Assembly (NCBI GenBank): GCA_039110515.1
Contig: JBCCFY010000010.1
Location: 50,202 to 114,201 of the forward strand
DNA: 64,000 nt
Source of the DNA: Pseudomonadota bacterium
Lineage (GTDB): Bacteria; Pseudomonadota; Gammaproteobacteria; Arenicellales; Arenicellaceae
Direction of reading: 5' to 3'
Shown: positions 1 through 10,000 of the stretch, piece after piece
Position numbering within the stretch: the first letter of the stretch is position 1
Layout of the letters: each line of letters starts with the position of its first letter
Made by a program: the position numbers and the translations under genes
The notes under the pieces: model-generated
Seen by the model: only the letters and a program-made list of their open reading frames with translations
The model's database searches: none
What the model was told of the DNA's origin: nothing

Positions 1-12
1 CAGAGAAAAAAA

Positions 13-732
13 TTAGCCTTCGCTGTCTCGCCGCGGTGATTCCTCAGAGTGCGTTGGTGGAATGGGTATTGCCACACCGTTTTGCACTGAGAATGAGCCG
101 CTTTTGCGGTTGTTTTCTGCTTCCTCCTCAGTCGGCAGGCTCCCTTCACTACGCAGACGCTCAATCAAGGCTTGTTCTGCCTCAAAATCACCCGATTGCC
201 GCACAGCTGCCATTTCCTCGCGCACGTATGGATCTATTTCCGGCGTTATCACAGATTCCCATTGGTAATGTCCATCTTCCAACTGTTCTTGCACCACGAT
301 GGCCTCGCCTGGAGCAAAGGTGCGTTGAATTTTTTGCCCGTTAGCGCCGACGATCGTAAGTTCAGCGGCGCTGTAATAAGTATCACTCGGCGCATCCCAT
401 TCCAGGTAACTGTCCTGGCTTTCACGAAAACTCACGCCTTCATCGCCCTGTTCGTCTTCGATATACGGATCATCAACGTCTTCTGAATCACTCACGCTGT
501 CGGCTGAATCTGCCACCTCGTTGTGCGCGTTATCGCCAGAGAAAGGATTTTCCTCTGAGTTCATTTTTGTGCCGCTACCTTCTGGTTTTACCGACGTAGC
601 AACAAAATCGTTAGCAGCCTTGGGACTTTCTACGTTTTGCGTGGTCACAGCTTCTTGTGTCTCTTCTTGCGAACAAGAAGACAACATAAAAATTGTACCC
701 AACAGAACTAGCGTTCCCTTATTAAATAGCAT
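13..732 (-). CDS. Acidic hypothetical lipoprotein
   Basis: 239-aa ORF with a short hydrophobic signal ending in lipobox-like LSSC, followed by a D/E-rich linker and a compact C-terminal domain. Confidence 0.7.
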   Translation of the reverse strand: MLFNKGTLVLLGTIFMLSSCSQEETQEAVTTQNVESPKAANDFVATSVKPEGSGTKMNSEENPFSGDNAHNEVADSADSVSDSEDVDDPYIEDEQGDEGVSFRESQDSYLEWDAPSDTYYSAAELTIVGANGQKIQRTFAPGEAIVVQEQLEDGHYQWESVITPEIDPYVREEMAAVRQSGDFEAEQALIERLRSEGSLPTEEEAENNRKSGSFSVQNGVAIPIPPTHSEESPRRDSEG

Positions 733-1148
733 TTTTACCCTTTAAAGTCCGTGACTCAACGTCAATGTCGGACAAGTGTACGCCAAAATTTGAGCTTTGT
801 CATTATAAAAATCATGGCCTTAGCGAAATTTTAAAGAATTTTAACAATTGCAAGTGCAGCATCTTCGTCCCCAGTAGGCTGGGTCAACCAGAGACTCAAA
901 TACTGAGACGGAGGTTTTCTTTGATGACTTCAAAATTCGCGCACTAGTTAAGAGTTTGCTGGTCATGAGCAGGCCAAATGGTGTTCGGCCTTCAGGTCGC
1001 TAGTACTCCTTGCTGAGGAGATTTCGCCTGGTTGTTTTCGCGGTTAACAGCAATAATCGCAGGTGGCGGTTGCCCGTATTACTTAAAGTGCTAGTATTCC
1101 GGCTTATAAAAGCTTTGCCGAGTGACAGCTCTATTTTGTACAAATCCG

Positions 1149-2069
1149 ATGCAAATCGTCTACATAAGTAATCGACCTGAAATCATGCTTGAGACCCTTA
1201 GGCATGTCGCAAATTTTATGCCGTTTGTAAATCGGGCGTTGGTTTGTGTACCGGTTGATTTAGCCAGCGCATTCGCGAAAAGTTCAACGGTGATACCGTT
1301 GCAAGTCGTGATTGAGAATGAAATTTTGGCGAAAGCGGAAATAGGCGAGCTCGCGAGTATGGACCATCAAAGCCGCAACTATTTACTGCGCAAAAACTTG
1401 ATAGCGAGCAGTCACGTGGATGCGCATTTCATCATGTCTGACGATGATGCTCGGCCGCTGAAAGTGATCGAAAAGAGTCGTTTCTTGGTAGATGAACAAT
1501 ATCGCAGTTACTTTTTTCATGACATGCAGAAGTGGTCGAACAATCAAACGGAATTTGATGCAGGCCAGATCGCCACCGGTGCAGTCCTGCAGTGTCTGAA
1601 TATTAGTACCCTGTCTTTTGCCAGCCATATGCCTCAGATCGTTGATCGAGCGTTGTTTCTTGAAGCCGCAGAATTCTTCAAAAACTATGCTACCCAATAC
1701 CCGCTTTGTGAATGGGGCAGCTATTTCAATTATGCGCTTAGTCGATATCCGGACAGATTTTTGCCTCCACAGCCCTATGCGACCCTGTGCTGGCCAGAAC
1801 ATCCATTGGCCTGGCGACCCGAGGTCACACCAAAGGAGTATTTATTCGAAAACTATACGCCAGCGCTCTATACAAGAGCTGGGGTTTTTTCAGAAGAGTC
1901 TGCCAGCCCTTTTGATCCTGATCAGTCTGTCTTCACTAGCGTGAGAAAAATCGTTCGTTGGCGACGATACGAAATAAGCTTGCGACACCCTGAGCAGGAA
2001 AAAAATCTACGTCGATTTTTGAATCCAAGAACCTGGATTAATAAGTTGTTCCGGCATCAACAACGCTAG
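1149..2069 (+). CDS. Putative GT-A-fold / DUF6492-like polysaccharide biosynthesis protein
   Basis: ORF open from 1122, ATG at 1149 preferred; FIMSDDD DxD-like motif; first gene ahead of a GT4 in the polysaccharide cluster. Family assignment from memory. Confidence 0.55.
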   Translation: MQIVYISNRPEIMLETLRHVANFMPFVNRALVCVPVDLASAFAKSSTVIPLQVVIENEILAKAEIGELASMDHQSRNYLLRKNLIASSHVDAHFIMSDDDARPLKVIEKSRFLVDEQYRSYFFHDMQKWSNNQTEFDAGQIATGAVLQCLNISTLSFASHMPQIVDRALFLEAAEFFKNYATQYPLCEWGSYFNYALSRYPDRFLPPQPYATLCWPEHPLAWRPEVTPKEYLFENYTPALYTRAGVFSEESASPFDPDQSVFTSVRKIVRWRRYEISLRHPEQEKNLRRFLNPRTWINKLFRHQQR

Positions 2070-2103
2070 CACGCAAAAACCTAGCTTAACTCGCTTTGAT
2101 ATC

Positions 2104-3300
2104 ATGAGGACTGTTTATTTTGATGTAGAAAATACTCTGAATGTGCCTTTTATCACGGGGATCCAACGTGTCGTCCGAAATTTTGCAAGTGTTGTACTCA
2201 ATCCTTCATTTGACGATCCAGAATTGGATTTCGTACCGATAATCTACGACCACCATGCGGCAAATTGGAGACGACTATCAGCCAAGGAACAAAATGAGTT
2301 AGTTTCATCATCACCTCGCAAAGCTGATTTTCTCAGCCGGGTTAAGCGCAAGCTGAGCAGGCTGGTACTTCGAGTCAAACCCCTGGTAATCAACAAACTC
2401 GATGAAACAGCCATTTTTTTTGACATCGAGAGCTCTTGGCATTCAAGGTTGTCGCGTAACGAGCTGCTGCCCGATCTGCAAAAACAAGGAGTTCAGATTG
2501 CTAAATTGCATTACGACATCATTCCAATACTCTTTCCGAAAACGACCCACCCCAATACACTAAAGGTTTTCTCCGAACATTTGTTTAGCCACCTCCTCTA
2601 TGCGGATGTTTTTTTCTGTATTAGTCATCAGACCAAGCAAGATTTGATCGACTTTTGTGAGGAGCATGCGTGGCGAATACCTGAATCAAGAGTTATTCGC
2701 TTGGGAACCAAGATCGACGCTTTGCAATGCGAACCCGATGATTCTGAAGGCCGATTCCATGAGCAAAAAAATCTCGGGCGCTATATTCTAACCGTTGGAA
2801 CTTTGGAGCCGCGAAAGAACCATGTTCTGTTGTTAGACGCCTTCAATACTATATCGCAGAAGACCAACCTGAATTTAGTTTTAGTTGGAAAGATCGGTTG
2901 GCAGGCCGAAGATATTCTGGCGACGATTAGGTCGCATCCTTTATTCAACCAAAGAGTGTTCTATCTTGGTGAAGTTTCGGATACACGATTACAGGGTTTG
3001 TATGAGAACGCCTGGTTAAATGTCATTCCCTCCCAGTACGAAGGCTTTGGTTTGCCAGTAACTGAAGCCCTGGCACGCGGGGTGCCGACTGTGTGTTCCG
3101 ATGCTGGCGCCTTAACCGAGGTTGGGGCTAATCATGCGAAGTTTTTTTCCGTGTCGTCAGCGGATGACCTGGCAGCTCAGGTGTTGGAGGTAGCTCAGAA
3201 CAAGGCCTCATATCAGACATTGCTACGTGCGGCGGAAGTGTTCCAACCGATAAGTTGGGAGCAGACGGTAGCAGATATCGTTGATGGCCTGAAAGGATAA
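2104..3300 (+). CDS. Glycosyltransferase family 4 (WbpX/WbdA-domain-like)
   Basis: TGIQRVVR N-terminus, VGTLEPRKNH, and EGFGLPVTEA (EX7E) motifs. Confidence 0.9.
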   Translation: MRTVYFDVENTLNVPFITGIQRVVRNFASVVLNPSFDDPELDFVPIIYDHHAANWRRLSAKEQNELVSSSPRKADFLSRVKRKLSRLVLRVKPLVINKLDETAIFFDIESSWHSRLSRNELLPDLQKQGVQIAKLHYDIIPILFPKTTHPNTLKVFSEHLFSHLLYADVFFCISHQTKQDLIDFCEEHAWRIPESRVIRLGTKIDALQCEPDDSEGRFHEQKNLGRYILTVGTLEPRKNHVLLLDAFNTISQKTNLNLVLVGKIGWQAEDILATIRSHPLFNQRVFYLGEVSDTRLQGLYENAWLNVIPSQYEGFGLPVTEALARGVPTVCSDAGALTEVGANHAKFFSVSSADDLAAQVLEVAQNKASYQTLLRAAEVFQPISWEQTVADIVDGLKG

Positions 3301-3552
3301 GAATTTTCTATGTTTGAAATAGCATGATCAAAGGGCAAGCCAGCGATAGTGTAGTAGATAAAATTTGCCCGGTTGATCTTTGTTTAAGTGCGCCTCGAGT
3401 CAAAGGAATCCTTAATGAAGAAGGTCTTGTTGCCCATGCATAAACCATTCTGGTAATGTGGAACTATAAAGAAGATGCACGCCTTGGACGATCAGAAAAA
3501 TTGAAGAATTTGAAGGCTGCGACATTGGCCAATTCTGAGCCTAAGACCAGCG

Positions 3553-3581
3553 TTTACGATCGTAGATCAGGGTGCTATGAT
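3553..3581 (+). promoter_or_regulatory. Candidate sigma70 promoter for the 3714-13076 operon
   Basis: TTTACG (3553-3558), 17-bp spacer, TATGAT (3576-3581) preceded by extended -10 TG. Confidence 0.4.
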
Positions 3582-3713
3582 CCTCACGCCTAGCAGATAT
3601 TCAAATTGTGCCAGGTGCACCGCTAGTACTATCAGAGTAGGATAACCTCAATTTGGTCTGGGGCAGCGGTACTCTAACGACTCCTGTTTCAATAATTTAG
3701 ATCGAGTAGATCG

Positions 3714-5804
3714 TTGCATCGTAGCGATCGCGAGAATCTTCTATTAAGACATTCCAACTTGCCAAAGAAAAATAACACAACCTGTATTATTGGCATGCAC
3801 CGATGTGGCACCTCTATGGTGGCCGGAATCCTGGCAAAATGTGGCTATGATTTTGGTTCTGCCAGTGAATTGTTGCCAGCAAATCAGAGTAATTCCCTTG
3901 GCTATTTTGAAAACGAAAAAATAGCCTATAGAGTCAATGATGCCATCTTCTCGCACTTTGGCGGTTCTTGGCATAACCCGCCAGAGCTACCGCCAGGCTG
4001 GCAAAGCAAACCGGAATTGGAACACTTGCGGAGTCGGGCAAAGGCTGTCGTCGACTCTTACGGAGGGCATCAAAATTGGGCCTGGAAAGATCCTCGGGCG
4101 AGCTTGCTGGTTCCATTTTGGGAACAGTTAGTGCCCGATATGACATACATTATTTGCGTCCGTAACCCAATCGATGTCGCTCGCTCACTGCAACAACGAG
4201 ATGGGTTGTCGATGCAAGAAGCAACCGGTCTCTGGCATCAATATGTATCCTCGGCTCTGGCACAAACGTCCGACAGCCGCAGAATCATTGTCTTTTATGA
4301 GGATTTTTTTGAGGCTCCCAGAGCAGCCTTGACCAAGTTGCTGGAGTTTCTCGATGTGCCTCACCAACCAAAGGAAACTGAACTGGAAAAATCTATCTTC
4401 CAACGTCTCCGACATCATCAAACTACGCTGGAAGAACTTGAGCTGAATGCCGAAATCAGTTTGGAATGTAAGCAGTTGTATATTAGTTTGAGAAAACAAT
4501 ACTCGATGGGTTTCCAGCTTACGGATGGGAAAAAATCTACCGATGAATCGAGAGGACTAGGACTCGATCAGTCATTGGAATCTAACCTCATACCCGCCTC
4601 CACTGCAGCGTTGACCGATGCGTTGATTTCCAAGACGGTAATGGTTTTTCCTAAGTACCAGAACCCATTGGTGAGCATTGTTATTCCAACTTATAACAAG
4701 CTAGAGGTGTTGATTTCATGCTTGAGAACGGTGTTGCAATTTACCGATGTCCCATATCAACTCATTGTCGTCAATGATGCCTCCACCGATGGCACAGCTG
4801 AATGCTTGGAGCAGCTTGAGAATGTCACGGTAGTCCACAATGAACAAAATTTGGACTTCTTGCGTAGCGCTAATATTGGTGTCGACCATGCACAGGGGAA
4901 GTATATTCTGTTCCTAAATAATGATGTCAGTGTACGCGCCAATTGGCTGCAGCCCCTCATTGACACATTTACAAACGTTGACAAATGCGGTGCAGTTGGC
5001 ACCAAATTGATCGGCATGGACGGTCGGCTGCAGGAAGCCGGAGCTGCGGTCTGGCAAGATGGCACGGTAAGCCTATATGGCGCTGGTGATAATCCATTTA
5101 AACCAGAGTATTCCTATCCACGAGAAACAGATTATTGCTCTGCAGCATGTTTATTAGTTAGAAGGGATTTGTTCGAGGAGCTTGGGAAGTTTGACGAACG
5201 GTTCATCCCTGCGTATTACGAAGACGTCGATTTCTGTCTGACCGTTTGGGCATCTGGTTATAAGGTTATTTATCAACCACAAGTTGCCGTGTTCCATCAT
5301 CATATGGCCAGCCGCACAATACAAAAAGTGAAATCAATGTTGGAAACCAATAGAGCAGTGTTCGTCGAAAAATGGCAGTCTACGTTGCAAGCTCGTAGTG
5401 TTGAGAAGAATAGTTTCTATGCGCGAAACAGATATCTGGGTAAGCGTATCGCAGTGATTGGGGGAGAGCAATTTGGTCAACTGATAGGGCGCTCCGGGAC
5501 TAATTGCTTTGCAGATTTACTGGCACTGGCCTCATCAGGCTACGCGTTGTCAGTATTGTGCAGTTCAGACTTGGAACTCGATGCTGAGCAAATAGACACA
5601 TTTCAAGACCACGGAATCGAGGTTTTTTATGACAGTAGCTTTGATTCTTCCCGCTTGCTGGAAGAACGCAATGGGCAATATGATTACTTTGTTTGCGACG
5701 AAAATCAGCATCCACATATAGGCATGTTGATCGAAACCTTATATCCTGATGCCACGCTATTGGAAATTTCTGAATTAGGAAAACTAAGTGTAGCGGGGGA
5801 ATGA
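3714..5804 (+). CDS. Sulfotransferase-GT2 glycosyltransferase fusion with a truncated C-terminal GT4-like half-domain
   Basis: GMHRCGTS (5'-PSB), WKDPR and RNPIDVARSL sulfotransferase motifs; then VSIVIPTYN, VVNDASTD, LFLNND, YYEDVDFC GT2 motifs; start codon uncertain (TTG 3714 or 3759). Confidence 0.88.
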   Translation: MHRSDRENLLLRHSNLPKKNNTTCIIGMHRCGTSMVAGILAKCGYDFGSASELLPANQSNSLGYFENEKIAYRVNDAIFSHFGGSWHNPPELPPGWQSKPELEHLRSRAKAVVDSYGGHQNWAWKDPRASLLVPFWEQLVPDMTYIICVRNPIDVARSLQQRDGLSMQEATGLWHQYVSSALAQTSDSRRIIVFYEDFFEAPRAALTKLLEFLDVPHQPKETELEKSIFQRLRHHQTTLEELELNAEISLECKQLYISLRKQYSMGFQLTDGKKSTDESRGLGLDQSLESNLIPASTAALTDALISKTVMVFPKYQNPLVSIVIPTYNKLEVLISCLRTVLQFTDVPYQLIVVNDASTDGTAECLEQLENVTVVHNEQNLDFLRSANIGVDHAQGKYILFLNNDVSVRANWLQPLIDTFTNVDKCGAVGTKLIGMDGRLQEAGAAVWQDGTVSLYGAGDNPFKPEYSYPRETDYCSAACLLVRRDLFEELGKFDERFIPAYYEDVDFCLTVWASGYKVIYQPQVAVFHHHMASRTIQKVKSMLETNRAVFVEKWQSTLQARSVEKNSFYARNRYLGKRIAVIGGEQFGQLIGRSGTNCFADLLALASSGYALSVLCSSDLELDAEQIDTFQDHGIEVFYDSSFDSSRLLEERNGQYDYFVCDENQHPHIGMLIETLYPDATLLEISELGKLSVAGE

Positions 5805-7027
5805 CTATGTCTGACGAACACAATGAAAATCAAGGTCATAAGTTGAGGAAAACTCGCAGTTCTCGATCCCGAACAAGCCTTTCTAAAAAGGAGTTGCTGT
5901 CCAGATATGAAAATTTGGAAGTTATTCTTGCGGACAAGGAAGTATTCATCGATAACCTCATTGATCGAGCGGGCAAGCTTGAATCTGATGTTCTGGAAAA
6001 AGATGAGTATGCAGAAAATCTGTCCAATACATTACAGCGGCATGAAGAGCATATTGGAAATCTCGATAAAGCGATTCAGCAACGAGATGATCACGTAGCG
6101 CGATTAGAGCAGGAGAATAGTCAAACAGTCGACTTGTTGCACAAAAATCAACGCGCCGAAGAACTGATTGTCGGTCTGAAATCAGAAGTACTGTCGTTGC
6201 AAGCTAATAGTGCCCAATTCGATGCCCAGCTGGAAAAACAAAACGCCATAATCGATGCGTTGCTGGGAAAACAAAATGCCAAAGTAGAATCGATGTTGGG
6301 CAAACAACAATCGGCTACCGGTCATTTAATGGCCCAGTCTGAGAGTGTGTCGCAGGATTTACGAAACTTAAAAGCCCAACTTGATCTGGTTGAGAAGAAC
6401 AGAAAAAAGGATGAGTCAGAGTTCAAAACCAAATGGGGAGACGAAGTTGTCAGAAGGCATCGGGCATTGCAGCAGGAAATAAATCGATTGCAAATGAAGT
6501 TAGAGGCGGCAAACCGGCAACGTCAAACGGTGGGCGAACTGAAGAATGAGATAAATGAGTTAAACAATGAAATCGAACGCCGCGATAATTGGGGAAATAA
6601 TGTGCAAGCACGTCTCGCTACGGTCGCCGCGGAGCTTTCCGCCATCAAGTCTTCAAGCTCATGGTTCATCACAAAACCTCTCCGACTGCTTGCAGAAAGC
6701 ATAAAGTTTTTACTCGCCAAACTACTTTGGCTGATCCTGCTGCCTTATCGACTATTGGTAAAGCTCGGCTGGTGGCTGGCGCCGAAGACGTTTCATCGTA
6801 TCTATCACTCGAACTTGGTCCGATCTTTGAGAAAGACTGAAAAAATGCCTCTCGTGGAAGCACCGCATAGTACGTTTGAGATAGCAGCAGCGACGCCTGC
6901 ACCGGAGGTAAGTCCCCCGGTTAAACCCATTCCGATGGAACCAAGTATTAATCAAGGTCCCGCGCAGAAATCCACACAAGGAGCGTGGCGATTAGGGAAA
7001 CGGTTGGACAAACCCGAAAGCAAATAA
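5801..7027 (+). CDS. Coiled-coil protein, WbdD-type chain-length ruler / membrane-anchor-like
   Basis: About 300 aa of heptad-rich sequence ending in SSSWFITKPLR plus an amphipathic/hydrophobic helix; ATGA overlap with the upstream gene. Confidence 0.7.
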   Translation: MTMSDEHNENQGHKLRKTRSSRSRTSLSKKELLSRYENLEVILADKEVFIDNLIDRAGKLESDVLEKDEYAENLSNTLQRHEEHIGNLDKAIQQRDDHVARLEQENSQTVDLLHKNQRAEELIVGLKSEVLSLQANSAQFDAQLEKQNAIIDALLGKQNAKVESMLGKQQSATGHLMAQSESVSQDLRNLKAQLDLVEKNRKKDESEFKTKWGDEVVRRHRALQQEINRLQMKLEAANRQRQTVGELKNEINELNNEIERRDNWGNNVQARLATVAAELSAIKSSSSWFITKPLRLLAESIKFLLAKLLWLILLPYRLLVKLGWWLAPKTFHRIYHSNLVRSLRKTEKMPLVEAPHSTFEIAAATPAPEVSPPVKPIPMEPSINQGPAQKSTQGAWRLGKRLDKPESK

Positions 7028-7030
7028 TTT

Positions 7031-10000
7031 ATGCGAATTGTTGTGGATTTACAGGCCTGTCAGGCCGAGGGGTACTATCAGCGTGGCATCGGTAACTACT
7101 CACTTGGGCTGGTTAAAGGCATGCAAGAGTTGTCTCCTGCGGGCAGCGTGTTTACATTGGGTTCTGGGGCGTTGCCTTATGAGCTGGATGATTCCGTTAT
7201 CAGGGCAGATAGACATATTCGGTTAAATGCTGATCTTCCCTGGAGTGCCGCAGGAGATTTCGAGGGCGGGAGTCTTGATTCAATCGGTGCCATTCACTAT
7301 GCGACTCAGTGCCAAGCACTGCAACCAGACGTCATTCACGTGTCGCACAATTTCCTGGATTGCAAAGACCGGGTGATGGTACCCGGAGCCACAAATGGAA
7401 TTCCGGGTCAATTAGTAACCACCACCCTGTACGACCTGATACCCTTGAGGTTCGCGGATCACTACCTGCGGGCGGACATTAGTAAGCGACGTTATCATTA
7501 TCAGCTAGAACGACTGCGGCGCTACGATCTTTTATTTGCCATTTCAGAATCGACCAGAGCTGATGCGATCGAGTTGCTGAACATCGAGCCCTGGCGTGTT
7601 GTCACTATACACGGAGGAGTGGAAGGCTTCTATGGCGTGCCCGATTCCAGGTCATCGATGCTTGAGCAACTGCATCAACGATTTCAGCTGAATGAAAAAA
7701 TTTTACTCTATACCGGTGGCGATGATTTTCGCAAAAACATTGATGGACTGATCCAGGGATTCGCCAGCATCGACGCACAACTGCGTGATCGAACAGTTCT
7801 GGTTATTGCCGGAAAGCTCAGCGATGGCAGCAAACAGAACTATCGCAATCTGGTTAAATCGCTGAAGATTCCGGACCAGCATGTTTTATTTACTGGCTTT
7901 ATCAGTGAAGCAGATTTGTCGGCGTTCTATGGCTGCTGTGATGCTTTTATCTTCCCATCTAAGTATGAGGGTCTGGGCTTGCCAGTTATTGAGGCAATGA
8001 AATGTGGTGCGCCGGTAATTGGCAGCGACAATTCAAGTATTAGGGAGTTGATTAAACGCGATGATGCGTTATTTGACGCCGATAACCATCAAGCTATGGC
8101 ACGCGTGATTGAACGTGCACTTAGCGATGATCAGTTTGCCCAAGAGCTCCGTGAACATGCGTTGCGGGAAGGCAGAAACTATTCTTGGCAGAAGTCCGCA
8201 GGCATGGCTTTAGCGGCGATGGATGAGGCATTAAAACAGCAACGCCAGGCAGGTGTGAGTGCGGCTGTGTCGGGATGGCTACCGCGAAAACATCTCGCGC
8301 TCCTCACCCCATTGCCACCTTGTCAGTCCGGCATTGCCGAATATGCGACTGACTTTCTGCCCTATTTGAGTCGCCACTTTGATATCGATATTTATCTCGA
8401 TGGCTATGCACCTAACAAGGCAGAAATTTCCGCAGTCTTTCGCATGTTTGATATCAGCGATTTTGAAGCGAATGCGGAAAACTACGATGCCATATTGTAT
8501 GAAATAGGAAACTCAGATTTCCACTCATACATGCTCCCCTACCTGTATCGATACCCTGGGGTTGTGACGCTTCATGACGCCTATATGAGTGGGATACTGG
8601 CACACCATGAATTCAGCCTGAATCAGCGCAATTCTTATCAGCACGAACTTCTATATTCCCACGGGCCACGGGGGCGGCGATACATCGCACCGAATACTGA
8701 TGACAGAGAGGCAATAGCAGAGGCAATCGATACTTTGCCAACTACCAAAAGGATACTGGATCGAGCCCTTGGTGTGATATCGCATTCCTCCTTTAATATC
8801 GATGTGGCCAATCAACACTTCCCCGAGGGGTGGTTAGCGCCTTACCGCATCGTCCCGCAGATTATGGCTTGCCGCAAACGAGACCCACGACGAACGGCTG
8901 AGTACCGTAATCAGTTAAAACTGCCGGAAGACGCTTTCGTGATCTGCACTTTTGGACATGTGGTGTGGACCAAATGCGGTGACCTATTGCTGCAGGCTTT
9001 TTGTGATTCAGAAATATTAAAAAAAGCCAATGCGCATTTAGTGTTTGTTGGCAAATTGGCAGAAGATGAGTTTGGTACGCGACTTAAAAACAGCATCAAG
9101 AAATTAGGTTCTAAGCGAAACATCCACATCACAGGGTTTGTCGATACTGCTCAGTACGAAGGGTACCTGCAATCTGCGGATGTGGCGGTGCAGCTACGAC
9201 AAAGTAGCCGTGGGGGAACACCTAGATCGGTTTTGGATTGTCTTGCCAATGAGTTACCGGTAGTTATTAACGATTACGCTAGTTTCCAGGACTATCCAGA
9301 CCAAGCGGTGCTTAAGGTTGCCGCTGAAGTTACCGTGGCGGAGGTCAGAGAAAAATTGGAACAGTTGTTTGAGAATCCTGAGATGCGATCAAACTTTGCT
9401 GACCAGGGGATGCACTATGTGCAGAGTCAGCACGACCCGGTCCAATGTGCAGCAGCTTATGCTGCATCCATCGATGAATTCACAAAACGCGCCGAGGCCA
9501 ACAGCAAGCATTATTATCGGCGGGCGCTGGCTCCTCATATAGATCCATCGGAAATGGCGCAACTCAGCGACAGCCTTCCATTCAATACAGGTGAGAGGAA
9601 ATTTCAGCGCAGGAAGCTCTTTGTTGATGTCAGTCATATTGCTCAGACGGATCATCAATCAGGCATTCAAAGAATCGTGCGTGATTTGGTTAGGGAGTTT
9701 TACTTTTTGCAGCAGCCGGGTATTGAACCGGTGGCAGTGGAGTTGGTCGACAAGCGCTTGGTGGTCGCAAAGAATTGGTTAGTGAGCCAAGATTTGTTGT
9801 CCAGCTGTGAGCAGGATCATCTCAGGGCCACGGAGGTTGAGTTTTCCGCAGGAGATGTTTTACTCATGCTGGATTCTTCCTGGGATCGATATTCCGATTT
9901 TTATTCGGTTTTTGAGCGAGCCAGAAACAAGCACGTTCCGATAGTTGGCGTAATCTATGATTTGTTGCCAATCCGCATCCCGGAGTGTTTCGTTGAAGGT

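Noticed and set aside
741-756. TTTAAAGTCCGTGACT nearly repeated at 41677-41692 (15/16 match)
   Set aside because: A rough estimate gives many such matches by chance in 64 kb, and the two contexts are not equivalent.
1065-1076. GGCGGTTGCCCG upstream of the polysaccharide genes, resembling an ops/JUMPStart element
   Set aside because: Three mismatches to GGCGGTAGCGTG and no recognisable JUMPStart 5' half.
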